Origin: Lytechinus pictus
Lineage: Eukaryota
Length of the DNA stretch: 64,000 nucleotides
Assembly: GCF_037042905.1 (NCBI RefSeq)
Contig: NC_087245.1
Coordinates: forward strand, 43,030,001-43,094,000
Direction of reading: 5' to 3'
Both the position numbers and the translations under genes were made by a program. Below the pieces are notes generated by a model that saw only the letters and a list, made by a program, of their open reading frames with translations, had not been told where the DNA came from and ran no database searches. Shown one piece after another: positions 61,692 to 64,000 of this stretch. Within the stretch, counting starts at the first letter, position 1, and each line of letters opens with the position of its first letter.

Positions 61692-64000
61692 ATGGAATAT
61701 AATTGTACTTGTCCCAAGTGTGGTGAACTTATAGACGGTGGCAGTAAAGCAATTTTATGGCATTTACAGAATCGACATGGTGTTATTAAGGGCCTTTTTT
61801 TTACAGAAAGTATAGTATGTATGCAGGAAGGGTGCCAACGAACATTCTCAGGCAGAACGGAACAGTTCAAGCGCCACTTGATGAGTCATGCTTGTACTAG
61901 AGAACCACATGGCCATGTCCCACCACGTCCACATGGTAATTTTGATAATGCTGCAGATGTTGACGCAGGCAATGATTTTGCTGAAAACATTGATGTTGAC
62001 ATTGACCCAACAGAAGGGGATGCTGAGATGTGGGATTATTTTGGTGAGGATGAAATTAAGGAACGGGCTGTCATGCTGGTTGCGGGTCTGCTGGCAAACA
62101 GTAGCATTGTCCATACCACAGTTAATGAAGTTGTAGAAAAGTCAGCTTCTTTAGTTAAAGACACGTGTATGTATATAAAATATAAGGTGCAAAAATTCGG
62201 TGCAGAAACTGGACTTGAAGAAAATGATGAATTTCAAAGTCTCCTATTGGATATAGATATGGTTTCCCACCCGTTTGATAACATGGAAAGTCAATACAAG
62301 CAGAAGAAATTCTTCAAGAACAGTGCAGCTTTTATTCAGCCTGAACAAACTACAATAGGTATTGCATATTATCCATGTAATAACCGTTTAACAGGCAATG
62401 TGCAGCAGGTTATGAAGACTATCACATGCCAGTACATTCCAATTAAAAAGCTAATAACCTTATTGCTTGAAAAAACAGATCTTATGAAACTAGCTGTAAG
62501 CTATGTACCAAGCACAGATGGTATGATGCATGATTTTCAAGATGGTTTTTTCTGCAGGCAAAGTAGGTTTTTATCTAGCACTCGTACAATCAAACTAATT
62601 CTGTATGTAGATGACTTCGAGGTTACCAACCCTCTTAGTCCTAAGTCTGGGACTCACAAACTGACAGGAGTGTATTTCAAAATTGCTAGTGTACCACCTC
62701 AATACCGGTCAACTTTAGCAAACATATATTTGTTGATGCTGTTCAATTCAAGTGACGCAAAACTTTATGGATATCCTGTGATTTTGTCACAATTGCTGAA
62801 AGATCTGAAGGTGCTTGAGTCAGATGGTATAGCCATTCATACCGACACTCTTGATGGAGTTGTAAAGGTTGGGATAGCACAAGTAGTAGGAGACAATCTA
62901 GGGATTCACTCATTGTTTGGTTTCAGCGAGGGCTTCACAGCAAACTTTCCATGCAGAACTTGCCGAATGCCACGTGCTGACATAAAGCATGCTTTACTTG
63001 AAAGAAAAGAAGTAATGCGGACACCTGAGAATTATCAACTGGACCTTAATAGGAATAGCTTACAAGAGACTGGTATAAAATCACCATGTATCTTGAATGA
63101 ATTGACACACTTTCATACTCTAGACAACAGAGCACCAGACATCATGCATGACATGCTAGAGGGAGTGTGCCCCTTGGAGGTGAAATTGGTGCTGCATGAA
63201 CTTATCAGAAAACAAGCTTTTACATTAGAAACATTAAATGCCAGGATTACGAGTTTCAATTACGGCCTACCTGATGCAAGTAACAAACCCTGCCCCTTCA
63301 CTAGCAATCAGCTTCGTTTTCCTGATGGTGCTGCAGGACAGCATGCAGCACAAATGTGGTGCCTTGTCCGTCATATTGGAGTTATGCTTGCAGATCTTAT
63401 TCAAGAAGATGATGAGCACTGGGAACTTATCGTAGCTTTGAAACAATGTATGGATATCATTTTTTCATCTAAGATAAGCAAGGGACATACCTTGTTCTTG
63501 GCACAATTAATTAGAGACCACCACATGCTCTTTTTGCAACTCTTTCCTGATCGTGATCTGAAGCCGAAACACCACTTCATGAGCCACTACCCTTCAGCAA
63601 TGCAGCTGCTTGGACCTCTCATTATTTATTGGGTGATGCGTTTCGAAGGAAAGCACAACTTTTCTAAACGTTTGGCACACATTGTGTGCAATTTCAGAAA
63701 TATTGCCAAAACTCTAGCCTACAGAAACCAAATGCAGCTTTGCTATAACGTATTAAGCAATCAGACAATGACACAGAAATCTGTTGAAACAGGTCCTGGT
63801 TTATCTGTGATGTTAGCATCATTGGAAGGTGCTGAAATTATATCTCAGACATGTAGCATACCTTTATATGATGATATATATGTTGCACAGTGGTGCAAGG
63901 TTTATGGTACTGAGTATCGTGAAAATATGATGGTGGCAGTTAGCAAAAATGACAATGGAGATGCCCAATTTGGAAATGTGAGAACAGTGCTTGCAGTTGG
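61692..64000 (+). CDS. CACTA/EnSpm transposase, apparently intact, 3'-partial
   Basis: Open from ATG 61692 to the window end by manual translation (absent from the ORF track because it has no stop). Two C2H2 fingers (CPKC..HLQNRH; CMQEGC..HLMSH), LYVDDFEVTNPL, HKLTGVY, GDNLGIH, CRTC, DIMHDMLEG, KPKHHFMSHYP, WVMRFEGKH. Confidence 0.92.
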   Translation, partial: MEYNCTCPKCGELIDGGSKAILWHLQNRHGVIKGLFFTESIVCMQEGCQRTFSGRTEQFKRHLMSHACTREPHGHVPPRPHGNFDNAADVDAGNDFAENIDVDIDPTEGDAEMWDYFGEDEIKERAVMLVAGLLANSSIVHTTVNEVVEKSASLVKDTCMYIKYKVQKFGAETGLEENDEFQSLLLDIDMVSHPFDNMESQYKQKKFFKNSAAFIQPEQTTIGIAYYPCNNRLTGNVQQVMKTITCQYIPIKKLITLLLEKTDLMKLAVSYVPSTDGMMHDFQDGFFCRQSRFLSSTRTIKLILYVDDFEVTNPLSPKSGTHKLTGVYFKIASVPPQYRSTLANIYLLMLFNSSDAKLYGYPVILSQLLKDLKVLESDGIAIHTDTLDGVVKVGIAQVVGDNLGIHSLFGFSEGFTANFPCRTCRMPRADIKHALLERKEVMRTPENYQLDLNRNSLQETGIKSPCILNELTHFHTLDNRAPDIMHDMLEGVCPLEVKLVLHELIRKQAFTLETLNARITSFNYGLPDASNKPCPFTSNQLRFPDGAAGQHAAQMWCLVRHIGVMLADLIQEDDEHWELIVALKQCMDIIFSSKISKGHTLFLAQLIRDHHMLFLQLFPDRDLKPKHHFMSHYPSAMQLLGPLIIYWVMRFEGKHNFSKRLAHIVCNFRNIAKTLAYRNQMQLCYNVLSNQTMTQKSVETGPGLSVMLASLEGAEIISQTCSIPLYDDIYVAQWCKVYGTEYRENMMVAVSKNDNGDAQFGNVRTVLAV

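Larger units (their letters stand above)
53457..64000 (+). mobile_element. CACTA/EnSpm autonomous-type element 2 (continues beyond the window)
   Basis: TA|CACTCTTAAAA terminus with AACTATTCAAAATGAATAG subterminal repeats (53500-53790), a CpG promoter-like patch at ~54470, SAM exons and the transposase. Linking the terminus to the genes is inferred. Confidence 0.7.

Overview
Eukaryotic, AT-rich, almost entirely transposon-derived DNA with spliceosomal introns. The repeat landscape suggests a marine invertebrate, possibly a sea urchin (inference only). No ordinary host gene, rRNA, tRNA or CRISPR is supported. Layered structure: (1) a decayed CACTA/EnSpm (CMC) transposase at ~2.6-5.2 kb; (2) a decayed L1/Tx1-type LINE directly downstream (5.3-9.75 kb); (3) a >=37-kb IS3EU-like DNA transposon inserted into the LINE at 9755, with a TACGG terminus and inverted 53-bp subterminal arrays at 9.8-10.7 kb and 46.7-46.9 kb. 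Element 3 carries a minus-strand rve-type DDE transposase pseudogene with a signal-peptide-like N-terminus and a convergent, apparently intact 7-exon gene (375 aa: two predicted ubiquitin-like domains plus a C-terminal C3HC4 RING). (4) A second, apparently intact EnSpm element starts at CACTC 53457, with SAM-domain exons and a >=769-codon transposase that runs off the window and is absent from the ORF track. Introns and spacers hold many MITE-like and Helentron-like elements, a 7SL(Alu-domain)/B-box/Meta-domain composite SINE, and dense TA-NNNN-TA footprint-like patches. All family assignments come from motif recognition by eye; no searches were run.
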